64,000 nucleotides of DNA from an uncultured Lentisphaerales bacterium (lineage in GTDB: Bacteria > Verrucomicrobiota > Kiritimatiellia > RFP12 > UBA3636), in the NCBI GenBank assembly GCA_964553035.1, contig CAZKJH010000003.1, positions 767 to 64,766 of the forward strand, given 5' to 3'. Position numbers and translations under genes: made by a program. Under the pieces are notes generated by a model. That model ran no database searches and had not been told where the DNA came from. It saw only the letters and a list, made by a program, of their open reading frames with translations. Of the stretch, positions 24,193-34,627 are shown in pieces. The stretch's first letter is position 1. Each line of letters starts with the position of its first letter.

Positions 24193-25401
24193 TTACTTCG
24201 TGATCTTCGAAACCGTGCCGGCACCGACCGTGCGGCCACCTTCGCGGATTGCGAAGCGCATCTTCTCTTCAAGCGCACAAGGCGAGATGAGCTTCACCGA
24301 CATACGGATGTTGTCGCCAGGCATAACCATCTCGACGCCTTCCGGCAGCGTGATGTCACCGGTGACATCTGTCGTACGAATGTAAAACTGCGGACGATAT
24401 CCCTTGAAGAACGGAGTGTGGCGACCACCTTCATCCTTCGAGAGAACGTAAACTTCGCAATCGAATTCGGTGTGAGGCGTGATCGAGTTTGGCTTCGCGA
24501 GAACCTGACCGCGTTCGACATCTTCTTTCTTGGTTCCGCGGAGCAAGCATCCGACATTATCGCCAGCTTGGCCTTGATCCAGAAGCTTACGGAACATTTC
24601 AACACCGGTAACAGTCGTCTTGACCGTGTCGCGGATGCCAATGATCGAGACTTCTTCGCCAACTTTGACGATACCACGGTCAATGCGTCCCGTGACGACT
24701 GTTCCACGACCTTCAATCGAGAACACGTCTTCAATCGGCATAAGGAAAGGCTGATCAATGGCACGAACCGGCTCGGGCACGTATTCGTCAAGTGCGTCAA
24801 CCAACGCCGTGATGCATGCGCAAGCAGGATCGCCAACCGTCTCCGCCTTCGTCGCGGCAAATGCATTACCGCGGATGATGGGGATATTGTCGCCATCGAA
24901 GTCGTACTTCGTGAGCAGTTCACGGATTTCCATTTCAACAAGCTCGAGAAGCTCCGGATCGTCAACGAGGTCAACCTTGTTCAAGAACACCACGATGCGG
25001 GGAACGCCAACCTGACGAGCCAGCAACACGTGCTCTTTGGTCTGAGGCATAGGGCCGTCAGCCGCGGAAACCACGAGGATCGCGCCGTCCATCTGAGCCG
25101 CGCCAACGATCATGTTTTTAATAAAGTCAGCATGTCCCGGACAGTCGACGTGCGCATAGTGGCGCTTCTCGGTGCTGTATTCGACGTGGGACGTTGCAAT
25201 GGTGAGGATCTTCGTTGCATCGCGGCGACCGGCAGATTCAGATGCCTTCGCCACTGCGTCGTATGCAATGTAGTTCGCCAGACCCTTGAGGGACTGGACG
25301 CGGGTCAGTGCCGCGGTAAGCGTCGTCTTGCCGTGATCGACGTGACCGATGGTACCGACGTTAACGTGCGGCTTGTCACGATTAAAGGATTCTTTTGCCA
25401 T
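24193..25401 (-). CDS. tuf: Elongation factor Tu
   Basis: [31 protein letters not shown] and other EF-Tu G-domain motifs. 402 aa. Confidence 0.97.
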   Translation of the reverse strand: MAKESFNRDKPHVNVGTIGHVDHGKTTLTAALTRVQSLKGLANYIAYDAVAKASESAGRRDATKILTIATSHVEYSTEKRHYAHVDCPGHADFIKNMIVGAAQMDGAILVVSAADGPMPQTKEHVLLARQVGVPRIVVFLNKVDLVDDPELLELVEMEIRELLTKYDFDGDNIPIIRGNAFAATKAETVGDPACACITALVDALDEYVPEPVRAIDQPFLMPIEDVFSIEGRGTVVTGRIDRGIVKVGEEVSIIGIRDTVKTTVTGVEMFRKLLDQGQAGDNVGCLLRGTKKEDVERGQVLAKPNSITPHTEFDCEVYVLSKDEGGRHTPFFKGYRPQFYIRTTDVTGDITLPEGVEMVMPGDNIRMSVKLISPCALEEKMRFAIREGGRTVGAGTVSKITK

Positions 25402-25466
25402 GGTCTAAAACCTTAACGTATTGTGTTGTTTAGGGGGTTGATGAGAAGTACTTCTTCTTGTCTTGG

Positions 25467-25542
<76 letters not shown>

Positions 25543-26910
25543 CTGTTACCTGCGGTTCAGAGGCGCAAAAACCCCAAGCATGCAAGTTCTCTGGTGAAAA
25601 CCGCCATGTTTGGCACTTTCTTAGGAGCAGGCCCGTACTCGTAGACCTGCCTCGCCTATAATGCAGGTGAAACAAGCAACGGAGTTTTACATATCCGCTG
25701 CAGATAGTCAACTCTAAAATTAGATTTTAACGAAAAATCCCGCCTAGTACATTGTACAGGCAGAAATGACGGTAATTTTCAGGTAGAGTACATGATTAAC
25801 AATATTGAAACCAAGAACTTAATCTTGTAAATCTTGTAATCTTGTCTTACCAATACGCGCTGTACAGAGTACTAGATCGCCAGCACCTCGCACAGGACCC
25901 CAAAAAATACGTTGCGAGCTTTCGTGGGAACCTCGGCCCGGCAAGTAGTATCGCAGCAACGCTGACAGAAATGCCAGTCACGGCTAAAAAGGCTTGCTTT
26001 TAACCGATATGGTAAGTATAATTATTTCCCATTAAAACAAAACCATCACTCAAAGCCAGACGCCGCAAGGCGATGGAGAGTCTCGGCGCCCTCGGCAATC
26101 TGCTGGAGGGCAGCCTCTGCCGCGCTGACCGCGGCGAGGCCGTCCGCTACCAGCTCACCGACAAGGTTGTGGGCCGAAGCCGCACGCTCTACGTCCCTGC
26201 GGACATGGCCGAGGAGGTACGGCAATGGACGCAAAACTGGAAGCAGGCAAAGCGATTACTCAAGGAGCTCTCGGCACTTTCAAGAGAAGAGGTCCGCGCG
26301 GGCACCCAGGGCGCCCTCCCACGCGGAACCCCGAAGGCTCCGTAGTGTGCCGACGCGCTTCTAAAGATGATCCTGGGTCGCTCCGCCTTCATCAACGAGG
26401 CCTTCGAGAATCTTGAGGATAGACGTAGCGCCTCGCGCATCCTCTACAGCGCTACGACTTTGTGCTGGACGCCGACGCTGGGATTCCTGAACCGGTGCGA
26501 CTCGCGCAACGCCATGGACTCAGACCGCAACGACGTCCCCCTACGCGCGCACGGTGATGGCTTTGAGCGGACAGGACTGGTGGCCGGAAGGGGAGGTGCT
26601 GACCACGGCATAGACGCCAAGCGGATCGCGTGCTCCAGCCCGAGCCATCCGATTCACCGGAGCCGTCGCAGACCGCGACGCTCGGCACCGCTCGGTCATA
26701 AGGCGGCGGTGCTGCGGTTATTCTTCTGTCCTAGGTGGAAAGTCGGCGGGACAGGGTCGCGAGGAGAGATGATTTGGAATCCATGTGGCATCAACTTGTC
26801 GCTTGCCCTTTTTTTTCTATTTGCTATACTTTTTTAATAGAAGTAGGGTTGCTCTGTATTAAAATGGAGCGAGCCTAGGGATGCCGTTGACATTTATAAC
26901 GGAGGAGATT

Positions 26911-27012
26911 ATGACAAAACGAAAGCTTTATATTACCGAATTTGACAAATCACGCCTTGAAGAACTCATTGCAGTGGCCGAAGAGTTCGGTGGGAAAAAG
27001 AGACCCTCATGA
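26911..27012 (+). CDS. 33-aa upstream ORF translationally coupled (ATGA) to aguA; possible leader peptide or regulator remnant
   Basis: GGAGGAG SD sits 6 nt before the ATG. MTKRKLYITEFDKSRLEELIAVAEEFGGKKRPS. Stop overlaps the aguA start. Confidence 0.35.
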   Translation: MTKRKLYITEFDKSRLEELIAVAEEFGGKKRPS

Positions 27013-28037
27013 TGCAAAGACGTCTGCCCGCCGAATGGGAACCGCAAGAAGCGGTACTCCTCGGCTGGCCCCACGAAGCGACAGACTGGGCAGATACCCT
27101 CAACTTGGTTCTACCCATCTTCATCCGCATCGCCAAAGAAATCACTCGCTTTGAGGCGGTCATTATACCCACCCCCGATCCCGATGCCGTCTACACCCAA
27201 TTAGTGGCGGCTGAAGCTAATATGAATCGGATTTGCATCTGTGCCATACCGACGAACGACACGTGGGCACGCGATTTCGGTCCCATCACGGTCTACCAGG
27301 ACGGTAAGCCCATTTTACTCGACTATGGCTTTAATGGCTGGGGTTTGAAATTCCGAGCCTGTGATGACAACCAAATCACCTCACGACTTCAGAGGGTGGG
27401 TGCGTTCGGTGATCGCATTCGCGAAATACCCGGACTCGTTCTGGAAGGCGGTAGCCTCGAAAGCGATGGCGCAGACACACTGCTCACAACCAGTGCCTGT
27501 CTGCTCGAAGCCAATCGGAATCCGCACCTCTCGCGCGCCGAACTCGAACAACAGCTCCAACAGCAACTGGGTGTAAAACGAGTGCTCTGGCTCGATCACG
27601 GCTATTTGGTCGGTGACGATACAGACAGCCATGTCGATACCCTCGCCAGACTCGCCCCCAACCATACAATTATTTATCAAGCTTGCGATGATCCCGCAGA
27701 CGAGCATTTCGCAGAATTGAAAGCCATGGCGGAAGAACTTGCCGCGCTACGCACCGCCGGTGGGCAACCCTTCAAACTGTATGCGCTGCCTTGGCCCGAA
27801 GCCTGTTATGCTCAGGATGGACATCGTCTCCCAGCGACCTACGCGAATTTTCTGATCATCAACGGTGCCGTGCTAGTGCCAGTTTACGGCCTCCCCCAAG
27901 ACAAAGCGGCATTGGCCATTATCGCGCACGTTTTTCCTGACCGTGAAATCATCCCCGTTCCCTGTCGCCAGTTGATTGAACAGCACGGCTCATTACACTG
28001 CGTCACCATGCAAATACCCCGAGGAGTCTTGACATGA
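27009..28037 (+). CDS. aguA: Agmatine deiminase
   Basis: MMQRRLPAEWEPQEAVLLGWPH...DTWARDFGP signature of agmatine deiminase / porphyromonas-type PAD family. Confidence 0.85.
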   Translation: MMQRRLPAEWEPQEAVLLGWPHEATDWADTLNLVLPIFIRIAKEITRFEAVIIPTPDPDAVYTQLVAAEANMNRICICAIPTNDTWARDFGPITVYQDGKPILLDYGFNGWGLKFRACDDNQITSRLQRVGAFGDRIREIPGLVLEGGSLESDGADTLLTTSACLLEANRNPHLSRAELEQQLQQQLGVKRVLWLDHGYLVGDDTDSHVDTLARLAPNHTIIYQACDDPADEHFAELKAMAEELAALRTAGGQPFKLYALPWPEACYAQDGHRLPATYANFLIINGAVLVPVYGLPQDKAALAIIAHVFPDREIIPVPCRQLIEQHGSLHCVTMQIPRGVLT

Positions 28038-28915
28038 ATGAACTAAGGGTCGGTCTCGTGCAACATGCCGTTGACATCACTCCCGAAAAAACGCTTGCCC
28101 GCACCGTTGCCGGCATTCGCAATGCAGCCGCACACAGTGCCAAGCTCGTGGTCTTGCAAGAGCTCCACGGTGGATCTTATTTCTGCCAAACCGAGGACAC
28201 GGCGGTGTTCGATCAGGCGCAAGCGATACCAGGTCCTAGCACGGCTGTTTTTGGTGCGCTAGCGAAAGAACTTGGCGTCGTGCTGGTCACCTCGCTTTTC
28301 GAACGACGAGCCCCCGGACTTTACCACAATACGGCGGTCGTGTTTGAGGCGGATGGTAGCATCGCTGGTCAATACCGCAAGATGCACATCCCTGACGACC
28401 CAGGCTACTACGAAAAATTTTACTTCACCCCAGGCGACTTGGGCTTCACCCCCATCGACACCAGCATCGGCCGATTGGGCGTACTCGTCTGCTGGGATCA
28501 GTGGTACCCAGAAGCGGCGAGACTAATGGCATTGGCCGGAGCAGAACTGCTGATTTATCCCACCGCCATCGGCTGGAATCCGCACGATCTCCCAGACGAG
28601 CAGCAACGACAGCGCGATGCCTGGATCACGGTACAGCGCGGCCACGCTGTCGCAAACGGTCTGCCGTTAATTTCAGTCAACCGAGTGGGAATCGAGACCT
28701 CACCTGATGGTGTCGGCAAGCAACATTTTTGGGGTAGCAGTTTCGTTGCCGGCCCACAAGGCGAAATGCTCGCGCAAGCCGAAACGGATCAAGAACAAAC
28801 ACTCGTGGTCATGATCGATCGCGCCCGTAGCGAACAGGTTCGCCGGATTTGGCCGTTCTTACGCGACCGCCGCGTCGACGCTTACGCTGACCTGACGAAA
28901 CGCTATCGAGACTAA
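28034..28915 (+). CDS. aguB: N-carbamoylputrescine amidase (carbon-nitrogen hydrolase)
   Basis: CN-hydrolase catalytic context (VVLQELH..., VCWDQWYPE). ATGA overlap with aguA. Classic aguA-aguB pairing. Confidence 0.85.
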   Translation: MNELRVGLVQHAVDITPEKTLARTVAGIRNAAAHSAKLVVLQELHGGSYFCQTEDTAVFDQAQAIPGPSTAVFGALAKELGVVLVTSLFERRAPGLYHNTAVVFEADGSIAGQYRKMHIPDDPGYYEKFYFTPGDLGFTPIDTSIGRLGVLVCWDQWYPEAARLMALAGAELLIYPTAIGWNPHDLPDEQQRQRDAWITVQRGHAVANGLPLISVNRVGIETSPDGVGKQHFWGSSFVAGPQGEMLAQAETDQEQTLVVMIDRARSEQVRRIWPFLRDRRVDAYADLTKRYRD

Positions 28916-29047
28916 GATTTTTCGCAACGGTCCCCATGGATGCCAATCAAAAGCCAAGCGATGATCACGTTCACGCCCGAGCAATTCGAAAGCCATGCCG
29001 TCGAACTTGTCCAAGACCTCTATGTCACAGATGCTAACAAGGTCGTA

Positions 29048-32000
29048 CTAAAGAAAATCGACTAAAGACATTACGACCGTGTCTGCACTTCGCCCTTGCG
29101 TCTTGAGCGCGGCCTTCATATACAGATCATAATCCGCCGAACCAAACATGGTACGCTCTAATACCGTTTTACGCCGCACGCTGACTTCGAGTCGGCCTGC
29201 TTCCATCTTGGTGATCTCGCAAGAGGTCGTCAGCACCGTGTTCCCATCGCCAAGTCTGAAATCATTTCTCGAAGGGAGGAGTTCAATGCCCGAGACCTTG
29301 GCAGGTAGCCGAACCGTCCACACTTCATCAAATTGGTTTGCTCCACTGCGGAAAAATGGAAGCCTTCTTACCCCGTAACGAGGTGCAATAGAGGTGCTCC
29401 CCGCACCAGGCAAGCGAAGATTCATAAATTCGCCTTCACCAAGAGCCCATCCGGGCATGCGAATGCGGAAGTTCCTTTTGCCAGGATACGACTGGGTGTT
29501 CACAACATACTCGCCTTCGAGCACCGCACGGCGTGAATATGCCGACACGAGCTCGAGCACATGACGGCGGCGATCTTCGGGCATCATCTCCTCATACAAG
29601 CGCCGGAAACCCTCAACAGCCGATCCAAAATAATCCGTCTCCACGTCCATGATCACCGTGCCGTCTTCCTGCACGTCCATGTTGTATCGTGTCGACACAC
29701 GCCGTTCATATCCAGCATCAGGCTTCAGCTTCATCCATTTTTTTGCCGCTACATCAGCAACCATCATGCCGTTCGCACTTGTCGCACGTAGTTCGGAATA
29801 CTGCGAGCCGTCATTGACATAATATGTCGCGCCACCATCGTCAACGGCAACCAAAAGAGAATCAAACATGCCGTAAGCATCAACATCCACACGCTCAACA
29901 TCGTTCTCCAGTCGGCCTCCATCGACGAATACAATGCGTGATTCGATTTCCACTGCGCGTAGCATCGCCTGAAGCAAAATTGCGACATCAACGGCGTGGC
30001 CGTATCCCGAACGAAGTGTTTCATCGGCTGCCGAAAGCATGGAGAGCGGCAACGTTGTATAGTCAGGCCCGTTAACGCGAATGTTCTTCACGACAAAGTC
30101 GCGAATGGTGCGCACCCTCTCAACAACAGTCGTTACCCCCACAACCAACTCTTCTGCTTTCTTTGTCGCAAACGGCTGGCTCTCTGCCTTCTCGTTCATG
30201 CAATCTTGAATGATAGCAGCGTATCCAAAGGCATCGACTTCCGGCACTACGCTGTATCGCCCACGAAACACATAGCGTGCCGATGGCATGTTGTCCTCAC
30301 GAATCACGCCGGGAATGTTGGTGCAAACGGCAGTTATGCCATCGTCCGAACCTCCAACATTATGCAAAACATATTCAGTTTCAATCGGCTCAGAGCCTGA
30401 AGACTTTGTGACCTTTTCTGAACCTTTTTTATATCGCTTTCCGACAATGCGTTTCATGTGAACAGAACTCGGCATTACCATACTCGTTTTGGCGAACTGA
30501 CTGTCGTTTTTACCCTTGATCGTCAGGGATTGCTTCTCGATGTCGTCAAAGCCGCCGAAGCGCTTCGTGTAGGCATGGAAGGGTGCGCCATAACATCGGT
30601 GACGAATCGTATAGTCGATGACGCTTCCCACTTCAAGTCCCGGGAAGTTCACGACGAGCATCTTCCCGGCTGGATAGCGCGGTGCAGATGCCACCCACGA
30701 CTGATCCATGATGTTCTTTTCCAGATCGGTCACTTCATGAACCGTTCCATCTGGACTGGTTACCGTCGCGGATACCAGCTCCACAGAATTCATCGCCGAG
30801 TTGAAAGGTATTTTAATATCTCCCTCTCGAATCTTACCCGCATACGAGAGAATCTTCTTGCGAACATGTACCGTCTCGACCCATGCGTTCGTCGCATTCT
30901 CAGGCTCCAGCACGGTTTCTTCAAGCAACACAAGCACATCGCCAGGTTTCTCCGCTTCCAACGGATTAGGACCTGATACCTCGTCTTGGAACTGAACGTC
31001 GCACCCGCTGAAAATCGGCACCGCCCGCACCGCCGCCTCGGTCTTTTGCAATGCCGTTCGTAACTCCAAATACGCTTCAGGTGAATACAAGCTCTTCGAC
31101 ATCACGAAGCTCGTTTCGGCCGATAGCACGCCGCTTGTGTACGCAGTTCGTTGCGAGTACGACATCCCTTCGCACGCAATTGCGACATCGCCGCCGCCTG
31201 CATAGGTGCCCTCTAAACCCGTATACAACGCAATGCGCTCTTCCACCCCACATGGAATTTCTGTTTCCAGCGGGAAGCGACGTTTCTCAAGCCCGGTGCC
31301 GCCGATCAAATAATTGACATAGCCAAACACCTCAGTCAGCCGTGGTAGAGTCACGACATTGACACCGCCCGTGATAATACTCCCCGGCACACAGTAGTCG
31401 AACGTAAACGAAATCGGCGTAGTCGTGTCTTGCATGTCTGCCGGCGTGATCTGTAAATCGGTGAGGAACGCACCTGGAGCCGAAGCTTGTAGCATGCGCT
31501 CAACGAACAGTCTGCGGTCTTCCCTCCGCATCTTCGAAAAGCCGCTACGGTACATGGTGTCATTAATGCCCTTCAATGTCACTGAGCTTTTTGCATACTG
31601 CCAGCCATTGCTGATTGTGCCCGTTGTTTCAATAGAAGCCATGTTTTCCTCGGCAGGCAATGCCGCCGATTCCAGTAAGGTCTCGCCTTCGGGCTTCGCC
31701 ACAAGAAAGCTCTTCTCGCAAAGATACTCGGGAAGCAGCCGCGCCGAATTCTCGTTGGTGGGGTCCATGAGAATGTACTGAGCAGCACCTTTTGCACCGG
31801 GCTTCTCGCTCGCGACGCCGACGATGGCGTGATTGAAATAAATCTGGGGCACGTCAGGGTCGCGGCGTTCGCCGACATGAATGAGAACCGGATACGCCTC
31901 GATTCCCGCCATGCGAAGCATCACGACGAGGAGCGCTGCCTTATCACGGCAAACGCCGTACTTGTTCTGGAAGGTCAGGCTCACATCATGCGGTTCGTAG

Positions 32001-32974
32001 CCCGGAGCTTCGTTTTCTGGCGTGATGCCCATGTAGCGAATCTTCTGCGACACGTAGGTAAACACACGCCAAATTTTTTCATCGCGCGTCTGCGCTCCGT
32101 CGATCAGCGCATCTGCGGTCTGCTGCATTTCTGGCACAGTTGCCGCCATGCGCGGGGCACTAAGATTCCAATACCATTTCGAAAGCTCCTGCCAGCTTGG
32201 CAGTGTCGACACCAGAAGACGCTGCGCACACGTGTGTAGCGGCGGCATGTCTGGCTCCGGAAATGCTTGCGGCACATTCTTGACACTCCAACGGTGGCGC
32301 GTGGCACCATCGGCAAGCACCTCTGTCTCGTACTTAAGGCCATCGTTGATTTCATCGCGTACCTTAATAACTTTGAGAGGCAATGCGACTGGCGCGATAA
32401 TCTCGTGGACCAGCTCCACGATCGGCGATGTGATCTCAAACACCGTGTAGTCGCTGAAGGCGTTTGGCACGCGAGCCTTCGTGGTGTTGCGTGTTACCAC
32501 AAGGTGGAGTGTGTCGCCAATCTCTACGCCGGGAAAGGCGAGGGTGAGGATCTTGTTGTTGGGATCGTAGATATTCGAATCCATCTGACCCGACTCGGTC
32601 ATCAGGCGACTGTTGTCCGCAACGTCGATTTCGACTGAAGTTCCATCGCATTTAATAATTTCCGCCTTGTCGACGATCACATCGCCGTAGGAGAGGCTCA
32701 TCCAGAAAGAAGCTGTGCGCGAGTTGCGTCTGCCCTTTTCAGTAAGAATCTTCTCATACCATTCGTTTGTGCTCTTGCCCGTGCCGTCAGGATTATACGA
32801 TTCAACCGTATAGTCGCATACCAGCACGCTGTCAGCATCTGGATAAGCCACAGCATCGACGCGCGTCGCGCGTTCTACCGCCACCGCCTGATCTATCAGC
32901 GGCTCGCCTGCCGCGTGGCAGAGTCCACACCCAGCTATCCATGCCACCATACAAAGAACAACAAATCGCTCCAT
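29048..32974 (-). CDS. Large secreted protein (~1300 aa) with transglutaminase-like cysteine-protease core and DUF3857-like regions; start at MERFVVLCMVAWIAGCGLCHA signal/lipobox
   Basis: Signal peptide with Cys after internal Met. Motif YGVCRDKAALLVVMLRMAGIEAYPVLI (TGase-like Cys core). Very long beta-rich sequence. Confidence 0.7.
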   Translation of the reverse strand: MERFVVLCMVAWIAGCGLCHAAGEPLIDQAVAVERATRVDAVAYPDADSVLVCDYTVESYNPDGTGKSTNEWYEKILTEKGRRNSRTASFWMSLSYGDVIVDKAEIIKCDGTSVEIDVADNSRLMTESGQMDSNIYDPNNKILTLAFPGVEIGDTLHLVVTRNTTKARVPNAFSDYTVFEITSPIVELVHEIIAPVALPLKVIKVRDEINDGLKYETEVLADGATRHRWSVKNVPQAFPEPDMPPLHTCAQRLLVSTLPSWQELSKWYWNLSAPRMAATVPEMQQTADALIDGAQTRDEKIWRVFTYVSQKIRYMGITPENEAPGYEPHDVSLTFQNKYGVCRDKAALLVVMLRMAGIEAYPVLIHVGERRDPDVPQIYFNHAIVGVASEKPGAKGAAQYILMDPTNENSARLLPEYLCEKSFLVAKPEGETLLESAALPAEENMASIETTGTISNGWQYAKSSVTLKGINDTMYRSGFSKMRREDRRLFVERMLQASAPGAFLTDLQITPADMQDTTTPISFTFDYCVPGSIITGGVNVVTLPRLTEVFGYVNYLIGGTGLEKRRFPLETEIPCGVEERIALYTGLEGTYAGGGDVAIACEGMSYSQRTAYTSGVLSAETSFVMSKSLYSPEAYLELRTALQKTEAAVRAVPIFSGCDVQFQDEVSGPNPLEAEKPGDVLVLLEETVLEPENATNAWVETVHVRKKILSYAGKIREGDIKIPFNSAMNSVELVSATVTSPDGTVHEVTDLEKNIMDQSWVASAPRYPAGKMLVVNFPGLEVGSVIDYTIRHRCYGAPFHAYTKRFGGFDDIEKQSLTIKGKNDSQFAKTSMVMPSSVHMKRIVGKRYKKGSEKVTKSSGSEPIETEYVLHNVGGSDDGITAVCTNIPGVIREDNMPSARYVFRGRYSVVPEVDAFGYAAIIQDCMNEKAESQPFATKKAEELVVGVTTVVERVRTIRDFVVKNIRVNGPDYTTLPLSMLSAADETLRSGYGHAVDVAILLQAMLRAVEIESRIVFVDGGRLENDVERVDVDAYGMFDSLLVAVDDGGATYYVNDGSQYSELRATSANGMMVADVAAKKWMKLKPDAGYERRVSTRYNMDVQEDGTVIMDVETDYFGSAVEGFRRLYEEMMPEDRRRHVLELVSAYSRRAVLEGEYVVNTQSYPGKRNFRIRMPGWALGEGEFMNLRLPGAGSTSIAPRYGVRRLPFFRSGANQFDEVWTVRLPAKVSGIELLPSRNDFRLGDGNTVLTTSCEITKMEAGRLEVSVRRKTVLERTMFGSADYDLYMKAALKTQGRSADTVVMSLVDFL

Positions 32975-33279
32975 ATTCACCTCTTTCTTAGCGTGGGAGT
33001 ATAACAAAGCACTTTTGCCAAGCGCAAATCTATTCTCAGGGATGCCAGCTCCGCATCGCCTATGGCTCGCTCCGTGGCAGAGTCGGCACCGTACCACCTG
33101 CTGGCGAGAACAAAGAACGTAGCTTGGTGGGAAGGCAAAAGAGGGAGGAATAACTCGCTTTATAGCGGTGTGTTGGAGGCACTGCCTCTTGGCATTTGCG
33201 TCTGGAGCGAGGCGAAGACGACGCTGAGGTTGCAAGCGCAGCTTGCGCCACGGAGGGGATATCCGCTATAATTGAGCGC

Positions 33280-34620
33280 ATGGATATAGATGAAGACAAT
33301 TTTTTCGAGCTTACGGCAAATGGCGATGTCCCTTCGGGGCGGCAGCCGCTTGCAGCGCGGATGCGCCCGCGTTGCATGAACGATATCGTCGGTCAGCAGC
33401 ATATCATCGGACCGGGCAAGCTCCTGCGGCGGGTGATCGAAGCCGACCGCCTTTCTAGCATCATCCTCTACGGACCTCCGGGCTGCGGAAAGACCTCCAT
33501 CGCCGAGGTGATCGCGCTGAGCACGAAACGGCACTTCCAGCGGGCCAGCGGCGTACTGTCGAATGTTGCGACATTGCGCGTCATTTTGGAGACCGCGCGC
33601 AAGGTGGCAACAGGACGTGGCACGATTCTCTTTATCGACGAAATTCATCGCTTCAACAAAGCGCAACAAGACGTGTTGCTCCCCTACGTGGAAGACGGTA
33701 GCATCACGCTCATCGGAGCCACCACGCACAACCCACAGATGTTCGTGAATACGCCGCTGACCTCGCGTTCGCTGGTTTTTGAGCTCAAGCCGGTGTCGGA
33801 AGACGAGATCTCGACGCTCCTGCGTCGCGCGCTCGCCGATGCCGAGTATGGCCTAGGCGGAATGGGTGTGGAGGCAGACGACGATGCGCTCGCGCACATC
33901 GCCATGATCTGCGAAGGCGATGCCCGTAAGGCACTCAATGCGCTCGAGGTAGCAGCACTCAGCACACCACCAGGCGAAAACGATATTCGGCGCATTACAA
34001 CGCACGTCGCACAAGAGTGTGTGCAACGCAAGATGCTCAATTACGACAAGGATGAAGAAGGACACTACAACACCATCTCGGCCTTCATCAAGTCAATACG
34101 CGGTTCGGATCCTCATGCGGCGATCTACTGGCTTGCCAAGATGCTGGTGGCGGGAGAAGACCCACGCTTTATTGCGCGCCGCCTCGTCATCAGTGCTTCA
34201 GAAGACATCGGCAATGCTGATCCGCGCGGCATCTCTATCGCCGTCGCAGCCATGCAGGCTGTGGAGTTTATCGGCATGCCCGAGGCGCGCATTACGCTGG
34301 CGCAAGCCACAACCTACCTTGCCACAGCGCCCAAGAGCAACGCCGCTTACCTCGCGATTAGCGAGGCAGAGGCCGACATCCATGCGGGGCGGGTGATGGA
34401 AGTGCCCGAACATCTGCATAATGTCCATATCAAGGCCGTAGGTAAAGATCTTGGCGAAGGCTATCAATACCCACACGATTTTAACAACAGCTATGTCGCT
34501 CAGGATTACATCCCCGTTGCGAAGGAATACTATAAGCCCAAAGATGTAGGCTATGAAGAGACGGTCGCTAAGCGTATGGCGTGGTGGAAGGCGCAGCAAC
34601 AAACCTCAACCAAAGCGTAG
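33280..34620 (+). CDS. rarA: Replication-associated recombination protein A (AAA+ ATPase)
   Basis: PLAARMRPRCMNDIVGQQH, Walker A LYGPPGCGKTSIAE, FIDEIHRFNKAQQD. Start moved to MDIDED internal Met. Confidence 0.9.
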   Translation: MDIDEDNFFELTANGDVPSGRQPLAARMRPRCMNDIVGQQHIIGPGKLLRRVIEADRLSSIILYGPPGCGKTSIAEVIALSTKRHFQRASGVLSNVATLRVILETARKVATGRGTILFIDEIHRFNKAQQDVLLPYVEDGSITLIGATTHNPQMFVNTPLTSRSLVFELKPVSEDEISTLLRRALADAEYGLGGMGVEADDDALAHIAMICEGDARKALNALEVAALSTPPGENDIRRITTHVAQECVQRKMLNYDKDEEGHYNTISAFIKSIRGSDPHAAIYWLAKMLVAGEDPRFIARRLVISASEDIGNADPRGISIAVAAMQAVEFIGMPEARITLAQATTYLATAPKSNAAYLAISEAEADIHAGRVMEVPEHLHNVHIKAVGKDLGEGYQYPHDFNNSYVAQDYIPVAKEYYKPKDVGYEETVAKRMAWWKAQQQTSTKA

Positions 34621-34627
34621 TCGGTTA

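Noticed and set aside
26737-26766. GGAAAGTCGGCGGGACAGGGTCGCGAGG, reminiscent of the RNase P RNA P4 region
   Set aside because: Only ~60 nt of sequence follow before a T-run, and the upstream sequence lacks the other universally conserved RNase P blocks. The resemblance is partial and probably fortuitous.
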